Of a DNA stretch of 64,000 nucleotides, positions 26,874 through 36,805 are shown piece after piece; position 1 is the first letter of the stretch, and every line of letters starts with the position of its first letter. Location: positions 2,880,001 to 2,944,000 of the forward strand of contig OZ242374.1 in NCBI GenBank assembly GCA_965209055.1. The letters are read 5' to 3'. Both the position numbers and the translations under genes were made by a program. This DNA is from Acidobacteriota bacterium. GTDB taxonomy: Bacteria; Acidobacteriota; UBA6911; RPQK01; JAJDTT01. The notes beneath the pieces were generated by a model. It was given only the letters and a program-made list of their open reading frames with translations. It was not told the origin of the DNA and did not search any database.

Positions 26874-29800
26874 ATGCCGTTCTTTCGACGTTTCGCGTGG
26901 GTGTCTTTGCTGGTCCTCTGGAGTTCTGCGGCGGCGACCCCCGCCGCCGGGACCGGCGGCGATCTGTTCCGGGAGCTGGCGGACGAATACCGGGACCGTA
27001 TCCGGCCTCTGACGCAACAGTACTGCCAGTCGTGCCACTCCACCGAGAAGCAGGTGGGCGAGCTGGACCTGGAGCAGTTCGCGACCCTGGCCGACGTGAG
27101 GGGCGGCACCAAATCCTGGCTCAAAGTCATCGAGATGCTGGACAACGGCGAGATGCCCCCCGGGTTCGCCAAGCAGCCGGCGCCCGGACAGAAGCAGCAT
27201 CTCAGGGACTGGGTGGACCGTTACCTCCAGGCCGAGTCATTGGCCAACGCCGGTGATCCGGGTCCCGTCGTCCTGCGGCGGCTCAACAACGCCGAGTACA
27301 CCTACACCGTCCGCGACCTGACCGGCATCGATCTGGACCCGGCCCGGGAGTTCCCCACCGACAGCGCGGCCGGCGAGGGGTTCACCAACACCGGGAATGC
27401 GCTGGTCATGTCGCCGGCGCTCCTGGGCAAGTACCTGGACGCCGGCAAAGGGATCGCCAGTCACGCGGTGCTGGTGCCGGACGGGTTCCGTTTCTCGCCC
27501 CATAGCACACGGCGCGACTGGACCGACGAGGTGCTGGGCCGGATCCGCGGTCTCTACGGAGAGTACGTGGAGACGGCCGACTTCGGAGTCGGTTCGGCCG
27601 TCGGCAACCTCGCCGTCCACAGCGACACCCGCATCGGATCGGCCGGCCGGTTGCCTCTGGAGAAATACCTGTCCGCCACTCTCTCGGAACGGGACGCCCT
27701 GCGAAGCGGCCGGAAGAGCGTCCGGACCGTAGCCCGCGAACGTGGTCTGAGCGCCAAGTATCTGGATCTGCTTTGGACTCATCTCGCGGACCCTAAGACC
27801 ACTCTCCTGCTGGACCATCTCCGGGCGGCTTGGCAGACTGCCGGGTTGGAGGACGTCCCGTCGCTGGCGAGCCGGATCAGGGATTGGCAGCGCGGCCTCT
27901 GGACCTTCGGCCCCGTGGGTCTCATCGGACGGAAAGGGGGCCCCTCCCGCTGGATGGAGCCGGTCGATCCTCTGGTCACTCAAAAACGGGTCTGTTTTTC
28001 GGTGCCGCAATTCGCCGACGGCCGCAAGCCCGAGGACCTGGTCTTTTCGCTGGTGGTGGGGGATGCCGGTGACGGGAACGATCACGATTACGTGGTTTGG
28101 CAACGGCCGCGCCTGGCGGCGCACGGGCGGCCCGACATTCTGCTGCGGGACGTGAAAAGGCTGGCCACGTCCTTGGATGGAGGGGCCGCGGACGACACCT
28201 CCGAATGGGGGCTGGACCCGGGACTCTTCGGCAGGCATCCGGACGGGCGGGCCGTCGACGCCGACTCGCTCTGTGTCCAGGCGCCCTCGGTGATTCGGAT
28301 CCGCATTCCGGGCCGTCTCGCTGCCGGCTACGACTTCGTCACCACCGCCGTGCTGGAGGAGCAGACCGGACAAAAGGGCAGCGTTCAGGTCGACCTGGCG
28401 CCCGGCGCCGCGGCGGCAGATACCCGTCTCCTTCCCAGCCAGGTCATGGTCACCTTCTCGAGGGTCACGCAGGTCTTCTCGGAGAGCCGGGCCGTCTCCT
28501 TCATGAGGCCCATCCTCATCGCTTCCGAGAGTCCCATACGGGCCAGCATGGAAGCGGCGTTCGACGAACACCGGAAACTGTTTCCGGCCACCCTCTGCTA
28601 CAACCAGATCGTACCCGTGGACGAGGTTCTCACCATCAACCTCTTCTACCGGGAGGACGACCACCTGGCACGGCTCATGCTGGAACCGGAGGAGGAAGCG
28701 CGGCTCGACCGGCTCTGGGACGAGCTGCACTACGTCAGCCACAGCGCGTTCCAGCGGGTGTTGGCCCTGGACCTGCTGGTGGAGGCGTTCCAGGGGAACG
28801 GGCTGGAGGACCGGTCTCAGTACGAGGCCGTGCTTCCGCTGCTCCGTCTCTACGACCGGGATGCCGCCGACTTCCGGAAGCGTCTCCTCCGGGACGAGCC
28901 GGTCCAGCTCGACGCCCTGGTCGATTTTGCCCCCCGGGTCTACCGGCGTCCCCTGAGCGGCGATGAGAAGGACCGGTTGCGCGGCCTCTATCGCCGGCTT
29001 CGCCACGAAGAGATGGACCACGAGGAGGCGTTCCGGTTGACGCTGGCCCGCATGCTGGTCTCGGCGCCCTTCCTGTACCGGTTGGAAGAGGCGCCCGCCG
29101 GTCCCGGCGGTCCGGTCTCCGATTGGGAGTTGGCCAACCGGCTGAGCTATTTCCTCTGGTCGTCGCTTCCGGATGGGGAACTCCGATCTCTGGCTGCCGC
29201 CGGGCGCCTGCAAGACCCCGAGGTCCTGTCCCAACAGGCCCGGCGCCTGCTCAAAAACCCGCGAGTGCGGCGCCTGGCCACCGAGTTCGCCTGCCAGTGG
29301 CTGCACATCCACGAATTCGACACCCTGGACGAGAAGAGCGAGAAACACTTTCCCGAGTTCGGCGATCTGAGGACGGACATGTACGAGGAGTCGATCCGCT
29401 TCTTCACCGACCTGTTTCGGCGCGACGCCTCGCTGCTGACTCTGCTGGATTCGGATCACACCTTCCTGAACCAGCGGCTGGCGCGCTTCTACGGAGTCGA
29501 GGGCGTGGAGGGGGAGAACTGGCGCCGGGTGGAAGGGGTCCGTTCGCAGGGCCGCGGCGGAATCCTGGGCTTCGCCACGACCCTGGCCCGGCAGTCCGGC
29601 GCCTCGCGGACCAGTCCGATTCTGCGGGGCAACTGGGTCAGCGAGGTCCTCTTGGGGGAGAAGCTTCCCCGGCCGCCCCAAGACGTGCCCCAGTTGCCCC
29701 CCGATGAGATCGCCACCGACGGTCTGACCGTGCGGGAGCTCGTGGCGCGGCACAGCAGCGACCCCCAGTGTTCCGGCTGTCACCTGAAGATCGATCCCTT

Positions 29801-30179
29801 CGGATTCGCCCTGGAGGGGTATGACGCCATCGGGCGCCGCCGCCAGCACGATCTGGGAGGGCGCGTCATCGATACTCGGACCACCCTGCCGGACGGGACC
29901 GAGATCGACGGCTTGTCCGGACTCAGGGACTACCTGGTCCGGAAACGGCGGGACGCCATTTTCGGCCAGTTCTACCGCAAGCTTCTGGGTTACGCCGTGG
30001 GCCGCGAGGTCCAACTCTCGGATCAGCCTCTCCTGAACGAAATACGGGACCGCATGGCGGAGAACGATTACCGTTTCTCGGTCGCCGTCGACATGATCGT
30101 CCGGAGCCGGCAGTTCCGGGAGATCCGGGGCCGGGAGCTGCAACTGGCCCGGTCGGCGGGAGCGGAAAACGTGGAGTGA
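26874..30179 (+). CDS. DUF1592-family (planctomycete-type cytochrome c; DUF1587/1595/1592/1588/1585) protein
   Basis: CQSCH, EMPP, LRRLNNAEY, ELANRLSYFLWSSLPD, RTSPILRGNW, CSGCH..IDP.GF. Confidence 0.9.
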   Translation: MPFFRRFAWVSLLVLWSSAAATPAAGTGGDLFRELADEYRDRIRPLTQQYCQSCHSTEKQVGELDLEQFATLADVRGGTKSWLKVIEMLDNGEMPPGFAKQPAPGQKQHLRDWVDRYLQAESLANAGDPGPVVLRRLNNAEYTYTVRDLTGIDLDPAREFPTDSAAGEGFTNTGNALVMSPALLGKYLDAGKGIASHAVLVPDGFRFSPHSTRRDWTDEVLGRIRGLYGEYVETADFGVGSAVGNLAVHSDTRIGSAGRLPLEKYLSATLSERDALRSGRKSVRTVARERGLSAKYLDLLWTHLADPKTTLLLDHLRAAWQTAGLEDVPSLASRIRDWQRGLWTFGPVGLIGRKGGPSRWMEPVDPLVTQKRVCFSVPQFADGRKPEDLVFSLVVGDAGDGNDHDYVVWQRPRLAAHGRPDILLRDVKRLATSLDGGAADDTSEWGLDPGLFGRHPDGRAVDADSLCVQAPSVIRIRIPGRLAAGYDFVTTAVLEEQTGQKGSVQVDLAPGAAAADTRLLPSQVMVTFSRVTQVFSESRAVSFMRPILIASESPIRASMEAAFDEHRKLFPATLCYNQIVPVDEVLTINLFYREDDHLARLMLEPEEEARLDRLWDELHYVSHSAFQRVLALDLLVEAFQGNGLEDRSQYEAVLPLLRLYDRDAADFRKRLLRDEPVQLDALVDFAPRVYRRPLSGDEKDRLRGLYRRLRHEEMDHEEAFRLTLARMLVSAPFLYRLEEAPAGPGGPVSDWELANRLSYFLWSSLPDGELRSLAAAGRLQDPEVLSQQARRLLKNPRVRRLATEFACQWLHIHEFDTLDEKSEKHFPEFGDLRTDMYEESIRFFTDLFRRDASLLTLLDSDHTFLNQRLARFYGVEGVEGENWRRVEGVRSQGRGGILGFATTLARQSGASRTSPILRGNWVSEVLLGEKLPRPPQDVPQLPPDEIATDGLTVRELVARHSSDPQCSGCHLKIDPFGFALEGYDAIGRRRQHDLGGRVIDTRTTLPDGTEIDGLSGLRDYLVRKRRDAIFGQFYRKLLGYAVGREVQLSDQPLLNEIRDRMAENDYRFSVAVDMIVRSRQFREIRGRELQLARSAGAENVE

Positions 30180-30321
30180 GGGGGACTTGGAGCACCGGCC
30201 GGAAGGTGAACTCCGCTCGGCGGAATGAGCCGCAGGTCGAATTTCGTGGCGGCGATATTTCGCGGGTTCCTGTGCTAAAATCGCGGCCAAGACCCTTGGA
30301 CCTGGACCAGCGAGGCGCATC

Positions 30322-31626
30322 ATGAAGATTCAGCAACATTCTCGTCGGACTTTCCTGCGTGGGGTCGGCGTCACCATGGCGTTGCCCTGGATGGAGTCGC
30401 TGCCCGTTTGGGGCGCCGCAACCAAGGCGGCCGTCAACGGCGGTAACCAGGCGCCGCTGCGCTTCGCCGTCCTGTTCTCCGGCAACGGATTTCACACCAA
30501 GCATTGGTGGGCCGAGGGAGAAGGATCCGAAATGCGGCTGGGCCGGGTGCTGGAGCCGCTGAACGATTTCCGCGAGAAGCTGACCTTCGTCCGGGGCCTC
30601 TACAACGAAGAAGCCCTCAAGGGGAACATCCACAGTTCCCAGACCGGCAACCTCCTTTCGGGAGCGCCATTGGAGTCGGGAGGGGGAATCCGCTCCGGGA
30701 CCAGCGTGGATCAGGTCATCGCCCAGCGCTATGGACGGTCGACGAAGGTATCGAGCCTGGTCCTGGGTTGCGAGCGGTCCAATCCGGGAATCCACAAGAA
30801 CTACTCCATGCTCTACAGCTCCCATATCTCCTGGAGCTCGCCCACGGCGCCCACGCCTCTGGAACTCTATCCGGCCCTGGCCTTCGACCGCTTGTTCAAG
30901 GACGAAGTCGAGCGCGGAGACCGGAGCGTGCTGGATGCCGTTCTGGAAGAGGCCCACTCCTTCCGGCGGTCCATCAGTTCGCGGGACCAGTACAAGTTGG
31001 ACGAGTACCTCAATTCGGTGCGGGAGGTGGAGCAGCGCATCGAGCGGTCCGGCAACAAGGGCGAGTTGCAGGGTTGGCGGCCGACCCTGGACAAGCCCAA
31101 CGTGCCGCGTCCTCCCGACGGTATTCCTCAGGATCTGGAAGAGCACATGCGGCTCATGTGCGACATCGTGGTACTGGGATTCCAGACCGACGCCACCCGC
31201 GTCTGCACCCTCAAGCTCAACAACGACCACAGCTACCTCTTGTTTCGCCACCTTGGCGTCGACGTGGGCCACCACGAGCTGTCTCACCGCAACAACGAAA
31301 AATGGCTGCGGGTGAATCAATTCTTCCTGGAGCAGTACGGCTACATCGCCCGGAAGCTGGACCAGATCCAGGAGGGAGAGCGGACGGCGCTGGACAACTC
31401 GGTGCTCATGTACTGCTCCAGCATGCTCACGGGCCGGCACGACGCCACTCAGTTGCCGGTGGTGCTCCTGGGCGGAGGTGGCGGCCAGATTCAGGGGGGA
31501 CGGATCCTGGACTACCGGGAGCGGCCCAACCGGAAGATGTGCAGCCTCTACTTGTCGTTGCTCGACAAGTTCGACGTCCACCTGGAGCACTTCGGCGACT
31601 CGGACCAGCGTCTGACGGAGATCTGA
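30322..31626 (+). CDS. DUF1552 (HxxSH) family protein
   Basis: SRRTFLRGVGVTMALPWMESL, SVDQVIA, TDATRV, HHELSH; usual partner of DUF1592. Confidence 0.92.
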   Translation: MKIQQHSRRTFLRGVGVTMALPWMESLPVWGAATKAAVNGGNQAPLRFAVLFSGNGFHTKHWWAEGEGSEMRLGRVLEPLNDFREKLTFVRGLYNEEALKGNIHSSQTGNLLSGAPLESGGGIRSGTSVDQVIAQRYGRSTKVSSLVLGCERSNPGIHKNYSMLYSSHISWSSPTAPTPLELYPALAFDRLFKDEVERGDRSVLDAVLEEAHSFRRSISSRDQYKLDEYLNSVREVEQRIERSGNKGELQGWRPTLDKPNVPRPPDGIPQDLEEHMRLMCDIVVLGFQTDATRVCTLKLNNDHSYLLFRHLGVDVGHHELSHRNNEKWLRVNQFFLEQYGYIARKLDQIQEGERTALDNSVLMYCSSMLTGRHDATQLPVVLLGGGGGQIQGGRILDYRERPNRKMCSLYLSLLDKFDVHLEHFGDSDQRLTEI

Positions 31627-31799
31627 TCCGTCGGGTTCTCTACGGTCGGATTCCAGCCTTCGAAAAGAAGTCGGAAGCCCGTCTGGATCTGATCGACAAT
31701 CGACTGGGCGCAGTGGAGCAAGGACTGGCAAATCTCGAAGGCCTGCTGGAAGTGATACGCGATGCCGTGTTCGAGAGACGCCGCACCGCGAAGTCGTAA
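31626..31799 (+). pseudogene. Coiled-coil protein fragment with no clear start
   Basis: FEKKSEARLDLIDNRLGAVEQGLANLEGLLEVIRDAVFERRR*; heptad pattern, no ATG or RBS. Confidence 0.4.
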
Positions 31800-31902
31800 C
31801 CATCCCGGGTGACTTCGGTCGACGATCGATCCATCACCGGGTGGATGTCCGGAAGTCCCAGGGAAACCCGCAAAGGGACCTCTCTTCCGGGTCCCACTCC
31901 TC

Positions 31903-33090
31903 TCAGACCGCCGCTTTCAGGATCTCGGCGATTCGCCGGCCCACGATCTTCGCCTCTCTCGGCTGCAGGGTCCACACCAGGATTTCCAGTTCCTCTTTCT
32001 CCCAGGGACGGGCAATGATGGAGGGCTCCCCGTCGCGGAGCTGTTCGACGACCTGGTCCCGGTGGATCGGGACCCGGGACCGGTCCCATCCGATGTGCAG
32101 TTGAGGCGAATGGTTGGCGATGGGGGGGACGAACCTCCGGGTCCGGGTTCCCCGTATCTTCTCGACGCTCCTGGCGATGGTTTCGACCCGCCGGTCCCAC
32201 TCTTTCCAGTCCTTCTCGTGATCGAGCTCGAGGTAGGTCTCCACCGCCACCATCATGGCCAGCATCTCTTCCTTGTTGACCTTCATGCCCCGGCCGATGC
32301 TGTCGGCATGGGGCAACCCGTTGAGCCTGGCGGCTGCGATCAGGTCCTTGCGCCCCAGCAACAGCCCGGTGCTCTGAGGACCGCGCATCGCCTTGCCCCC
32401 GGAGAAGGTGACCAGGTCGAACCCCATGCGGATGAACCTGCCGAGATTCTCCGCGGGTGGGACGTCGGCCGCGCAATCGATGAAGGTGGGAATCCCGAGC
32501 TTCCTGCCCAGCCCGGCGAACTCGGCCGCCTGAATCTGGCCCTTCTCGTCGGCCAGGTTGAGAAACAGCATCATGGCTGTCTGTGAACCGGCTGCTGCCT
32601 CCAGTTCTTCCGCCGTCTCCACCTCCACCATCCGGACCCCGCAGTTTCGCACGGCGTGGTCGTAGACGAATCGATGCGACTTCTGGATGATGACCTCGTC
32701 GCGCATTCCGGAGGTGTCCGGGAGGCGGCGGATGAACTCCTGGTTTTTCCCGGTCATGCAGGCGGCCGTGCCCAGCGTCAGGGCCGAGGCGGCCCCGGCG
32801 CTGACCAGGGCGGCCTCCGAGCCGACCAGGGAAGCGATCCGCTTGCCCACGGCGTCGTGGAGTTCGTCCAGGTTGACGAATTTCCGGGTGGCGTATTCCC
32901 AGGCATGCATCACTTCGGGCCGCATCAAGCTGCCCGAAAGGGCCGTGGAGGTTCCCGCCGCGTTGATGATGGGACGGACGCCGAGTTCTGCAAAATAGTC
33001 TCGATTGTTCAATCTGCCGAACAACGGGCGGAAATTGGCCAGGAAGGGCGAGGTCGACAAAAGGGTCAGGAACCATCTCCGGTTGAACAT
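31903..33090 (-). CDS. SelA/DgaE-like PLP-dependent enzyme with Tat-like signal
   Basis: LGVRPIINAAGT, IDCAA, FSGGKAMRGPQSTG, GRGMKVNKEE; N-terminal NRRWFL. Confidence 0.85.
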   Translation of the reverse strand: MFNRRWFLTLLSTSPFLANFRPLFGRLNNRDYFAELGVRPIINAAGTSTALSGSLMRPEVMHAWEYATRKFVNLDELHDAVGKRIASLVGSEAALVSAGAASALTLGTAACMTGKNQEFIRRLPDTSGMRDEVIIQKSHRFVYDHAVRNCGVRMVEVETAEELEAAAGSQTAMMLFLNLADEKGQIQAAEFAGLGRKLGIPTFIDCAADVPPAENLGRFIRMGFDLVTFSGGKAMRGPQSTGLLLGRKDLIAAARLNGLPHADSIGRGMKVNKEEMLAMMVAVETYLELDHEKDWKEWDRRVETIARSVEKIRGTRTRRFVPPIANHSPQLHIGWDRSRVPIHRDQVVEQLRDGEPSIIARPWEKEELEILVWTLQPREAKIVGRRIAEILKAAV

Positions 33091-33203
33091 GGGCCGGTCT
33101 CCTCCAAAGGCGGGTTCATGGGAATGACGTCAGCCTGAGATTACGCCGCCGCCGCGCATTCTGGCAAGCCGGATCGGAGGGGGAGGGGGAACCGGCGATG
33201 ACT

Positions 33204-34364
33204 CTATGCCGCCGCCAAACCGGGAACGATGGTGGCCTTGACGCATCGCATCCCGGACGCGGCTTCGGTGGCCGCCATGATCCCCTCCCGGCTGAACGGG
33301 AAGAGGACCTGCATCCGGTCCCACGGATAGCGGTCCAGGCACCGTTCCAACATCCGGATGCCCAGCGGAATGTCGTTGGCCGTGAAGGCCCAGCTCCCCA
33401 GTATGGTGATGTCCTTGGAGCAGATGCGGTGCCAGTTGGTCTCGATGGAGCCGGCGTCGGTGAACTGCCCCATTTCGACGTAGGTGCCCCCGTCCCGGAG
33501 CATCTCGATCCCTTCCGGGCCCGCCGCCGGGTGCCCGCTGGCCTCCACCACCAGATCGGCTCCGAATCTTCCCGCCAGCCGGCGAACGGCTTCGATTCGG
33601 GATCGAGGCTCCGGGTGTTCTTCCAACGACACGGTGGCGGCGGCTCCGAAGCGGCGGCAGAGGGCCAGACGCGGATTCTCGGGCGCGCCGACCACCACCA
33701 CCCGTCCGGCTCCCATCTCCTGAGCGGCCACCAGGCAGAGCAGGCCGATGGGACCCGATCCCTGGATGACCACCGTGTCGCCCGAGCGAAATCCGCCCGC
33801 CGAGACGGCCCGGTTCAGGGCCCGGACGCAACACGCGAGAGGCTCCGAGAGAGTGCCCCGCAACGACGACAACCCCTCGGGCAGGCGGTAGATCTTGGTG
33901 GCGGGAAACATCTCCAGGTCGACGTAGACCATCTCGGCCCATCCGCCCCAGAGATGAGGGGGCTTCTCGAAGGGGATGTAGCGGCCGTAGTAGGTGGGTT
34001 GGAGACACTTGTTGGCCTGGGCCGGATAGTGGACGCAGTAGTAGCACTCGCCGCAAGGCATCAGCGGCGGGAGCATGACCCGGGCGCCCGTTTCCAAGGG
34101 CTCTCCCATGAAGTCCGAATCGAGCTCCGGACCGATCTCCTCGATCACGCCCGCCAATTCGTGGCCCAGAGTCAGGGGCCAGGGGAGAGGTTTGGGCCAA
34201 TGACCCTTCAATATGTGCAGGTCGGTGCCGCAGACGCCGCAGGCCTCGATCCGGATGAGCGCCGCCTTGCGGGGCGTCGCCGGCCTCGGGACGGTGCGGA
34301 TACGCGGAGAAGTCCCGGGACCGTCGTAGGTCGCCACCTGAATCCGGGTCATTTCGAGCGCCAT
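33204..34364 (-). CDS. Zinc-dependent medium-chain alcohol dehydrogenase
   Basis: CGVCGTD, LGHE, CGECYYC..C, GSGPIG. Confidence 0.92.
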   Translation of the reverse strand: MALEMTRIQVATYDGPGTSPRIRTVPRPATPRKAALIRIEACGVCGTDLHILKGHWPKPLPWPLTLGHELAGVIEEIGPELDSDFMGEPLETGARVMLPPLMPCGECYYCVHYPAQANKCLQPTYYGRYIPFEKPPHLWGGWAEMVYVDLEMFPATKIYRLPEGLSSLRGTLSEPLACCVRALNRAVSAGGFRSGDTVVIQGSGPIGLLCLVAAQEMGAGRVVVVGAPENPRLALCRRFGAAATVSLEEHPEPRSRIEAVRRLAGRFGADLVVEASGHPAAGPEGIEMLRDGGTYVEMGQFTDAGSIETNWHRICSKDITILGSWAFTANDIPLGIRMLERCLDRYPWDRMQVLFPFSREGIMAATEAASGMRCVKATIVPGLAAA

Positions 34365-34574
34365 TATGTCGCCGCCGGAGACGGCCGGCAAATGACCGTC
34401 CGCCCGAATGACGTGCGGCAGAACGCCCGGCCGGGATCGGTTTGCGGCCGTGGCGACTTTCGCCGGGGGCTGGTACGCTTTACTGCGAACTTTCGGGTCC
34501 GTGGATTCGGCGTGAGGCGTTTAACAGTCCGTGACGACGTTTGCCACGGGCTGTCAACGGAAAGGAATCGAGGA

Positions 34575-35735
34575 ATGGATCGCAGACAGTTTCTCAAGGA
34601 GACCGCCTTCACCACCGGCGGAGGATTGCTGGGATTGGAGGCCGCCCGGAGCCTCCGGTCCGGAACAGCCCTGGCGGAGTCCTCTGCGGAGTCCGTGCGC
34701 GTCGGGATCATTACGGAGCCGGGAGGCCAGCACCTGAGCTGGTTCACCCGGACTCTGGGCGTCCTGGAGGGTGTCGAGATGGTCGCCGCCGCCGACGAGT
34801 CGGGCGAATTCTTCGAGAAGGGCCGCGAGTACCTGGGACCCCGGGCCTCCGAATTTCAGACCTTCAAGGATTACCGCCGGATGATCGCAGAGGTTCGTCC
34901 CCAATTGGTGCTGATGGCCCTGGAGCCGGTACACACGCCCCCGGTCGTGGAGGCGGTCCTTGAGGGGGGAGCCCACGTGCTGACGGACAAGCCGGGCTGC
35001 GTGCGCCTGGCCGATTTCGAAAAGGTGGCCCGCTTGGCCGAATCCAAGAATCTGGAGCTGATGCTGGGCCTCACGAACCGGACCAATCCCGCGGCCCGCA
35101 AGGCCCGGGAACTGGTGGAATCGGGCTTGCTGGGGAAGCTCTACGGGACGTCGGTTCACCTGGTGGCGGACCACACCCGTCTGACCAGGCCCTCCTACTG
35201 GACCCGATGGGTGGCGTCCCGCGAGCGGGCCGGCGGCGGCAAGCTCATCTACCACGGAATCCATTACCTGGACCTGGCCCATTACATCGCCGGAGACACC
35301 ATCACCGAGGTTGCCGGATTCGCCGAGAAGGTCGGCGACCAGCCGGTCGACCTGGAGGATTCGGCCGTCCTGGCCTACCGGATGAGTCAGGGAACGGTGG
35401 GGACCCTGAACACGGGTTACTATCTGCCCCAGGGATACAGCACCCTGGTCAAGTTCTGGGGCTCGTTGGGCTGGCTCCAATTCGACCTGGCCGCTGGTCC
35501 CCCCATGACCTGGTACTCCACGCACCCGGACGCCCCGGGCAAGGTCCGATCGTACTACTACCCCCAGGAACCGAACACCTACACGCTGATGATGGAAGAG
35601 GCGGTGAATGCCGCTCGCGGGCTGGGCCCGTTTCCCATCACCACCCGGGAGAGCTTGAATTCACTGAGGGTGGTCTTTGCCGCCTACGATGCGGCTCGTG
35701 AAGAGGTCAGCCGGACGGTGGCCTATTCCGGATAG
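34575..35735 (+). CDS. Gfo/Idh/MocA oxidoreductase with Tat signal
   Basis: ATG after GAGG; DRRQFLK; HVLTDKP; GGGKLIYHGIH. Confidence 0.85.
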   Translation: MDRRQFLKETAFTTGGGLLGLEAARSLRSGTALAESSAESVRVGIITEPGGQHLSWFTRTLGVLEGVEMVAAADESGEFFEKGREYLGPRASEFQTFKDYRRMIAEVRPQLVLMALEPVHTPPVVEAVLEGGAHVLTDKPGCVRLADFEKVARLAESKNLELMLGLTNRTNPAARKARELVESGLLGKLYGTSVHLVADHTRLTRPSYWTRWVASRERAGGGKLIYHGIHYLDLAHYIAGDTITEVAGFAEKVGDQPVDLEDSAVLAYRMSQGTVGTLNTGYYLPQGYSTLVKFWGSLGWLQFDLAAGPPMTWYSTHPDAPGKVRSYYYPQEPNTYTLMMEEAVNAARGLGPFPITTRESLNSLRVVFAAYDAAREEVSRTVAYSG

Positions 35736-35767
35736 CCGTGATGCAGGAGGTCCGGGAGAAGAGGACG

Positions 35768-36781
35768 ATGCCGGAGATCCCCAAAGTCGGCTGGGGCATC
35801 ATAGGCGCCGGAGATATCGCGCACCGGGTGATGGCGCCGGCCATGCGGGAATGTCCCCACAGCGAGCTGGCGGCGGTGACCCGGACGACCCTCCGGGGAG
35901 CCCGGGAATTCGCCCGCCTGCACGGCGCCGGGCGCGGCTACGACAAGCTGGAGGATCTGCTGGCCGATTCCGAAGTCGAGGCCGTCTACGTGGCGACTCC
36001 CGTGGCCCGTCATCTGCCGGATACGCTGGCCGCCGCCTCCGCGGGACGCCACGTCCTGTGCGAGAAGCCGCTGGCGCTGAACGTTGCCGAAGGCGAGGAA
36101 ATGGAGGAAGCCTGCCGGCGGGCGGGGATCACCTTCATGACCTGCTACTACCAGCGCTTCAACGCCAGGCATCGCAGGATGAAGGAACTGCTGGAGGCGG
36201 GCGCCATCGGGCAGGTCACCTCGGCGCGTGTCAATTTCTCAGGCCGGAGCCTGGTCAACCCGGAGGCGTGGCGCCAGGACCCGGCGTTGGGCGGAGGCGG
36301 TCCCTACATGGACAATGCGTCTCACGCCATCGACCTGCTGCGCTTCTTTCTGGGCGAAGTGATCGAGGTCGCCGCCTTCACCGACGTGCTGTCGGGCGAC
36401 TATGCCGTGGAAGATACGGCCAGTTCCCTGCTGCGCATGGCGAACGGCGCCCAGGCCGTCGTCACCGCCCACTGGAGCAGCGGGGACCCGGACGAGGACC
36501 GCAACTCCATGATCGAGATCGTGGGAACGGAGGGCATCCTCCAGTCCTCGCCGCTGCATGAGAAGTTTTCCCGGGGACGATTGTTGTTGTCCACCCGTCA
36601 GGGTGAGGAGAGGTTCGAGTTCGAAGAGAGCACCCACGTTCAGGTTCTAACCGAGTTCGCGGAGGCCCTGGCCGAAGGCCGCGATCCGGCCATCACCATC
36701 CAGGACGGAGTGGCCGCCCAGCGGGTCGTGGAGTCGGTCTATGCCTCGTCCCGGAGCGGCCGGGCCATCCAACTGAAATAG
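35768..36781 (+). CDS. Gfo/Idh/MocA oxidoreductase
   Basis: GAGDIA, HVLCEKP, GGG..MDNASH. Confidence 0.9.
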   Translation: MPEIPKVGWGIIGAGDIAHRVMAPAMRECPHSELAAVTRTTLRGAREFARLHGAGRGYDKLEDLLADSEVEAVYVATPVARHLPDTLAAASAGRHVLCEKPLALNVAEGEEMEEACRRAGITFMTCYYQRFNARHRRMKELLEAGAIGQVTSARVNFSGRSLVNPEAWRQDPALGGGGPYMDNASHAIDLLRFFLGEVIEVAAFTDVLSGDYAVEDTASSLLRMANGAQAVVTAHWSSGDPDEDRNSMIEIVGTEGILQSSPLHEKFSRGRLLLSTRQGEERFEFEESTHVQVLTEFAEALAEGRDPAITIQDGVAAQRVVESVYASSRSGRAIQLK

Positions 36782-36805
36782 AGGACATCCAGAGGAGATT
36801 TCGCC

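Noticed and set aside
27237-30323. Long antisense or alternate-frame ORFs (e.g. 27237-30323, 58082-60436, 51598-53745, 12247-14055, 10662-12329)
   Set aside because: Shadows of well-supported genes; stop codons are scarce in high-GC DNA and no motifs are recognisable.
31903-33090. Calling the gene selA
   Set aside because: The protein is short, has a leader peptide and lacks sel context, so the symbol is withheld.
33198-35735. 845-aa ORF as a fusion protein
   Set aside because: The first 459 codons are antisense to the zinc dehydrogenase gene and its upstream gap; the real start is ATG 34575 with an RBS and Tat motif.
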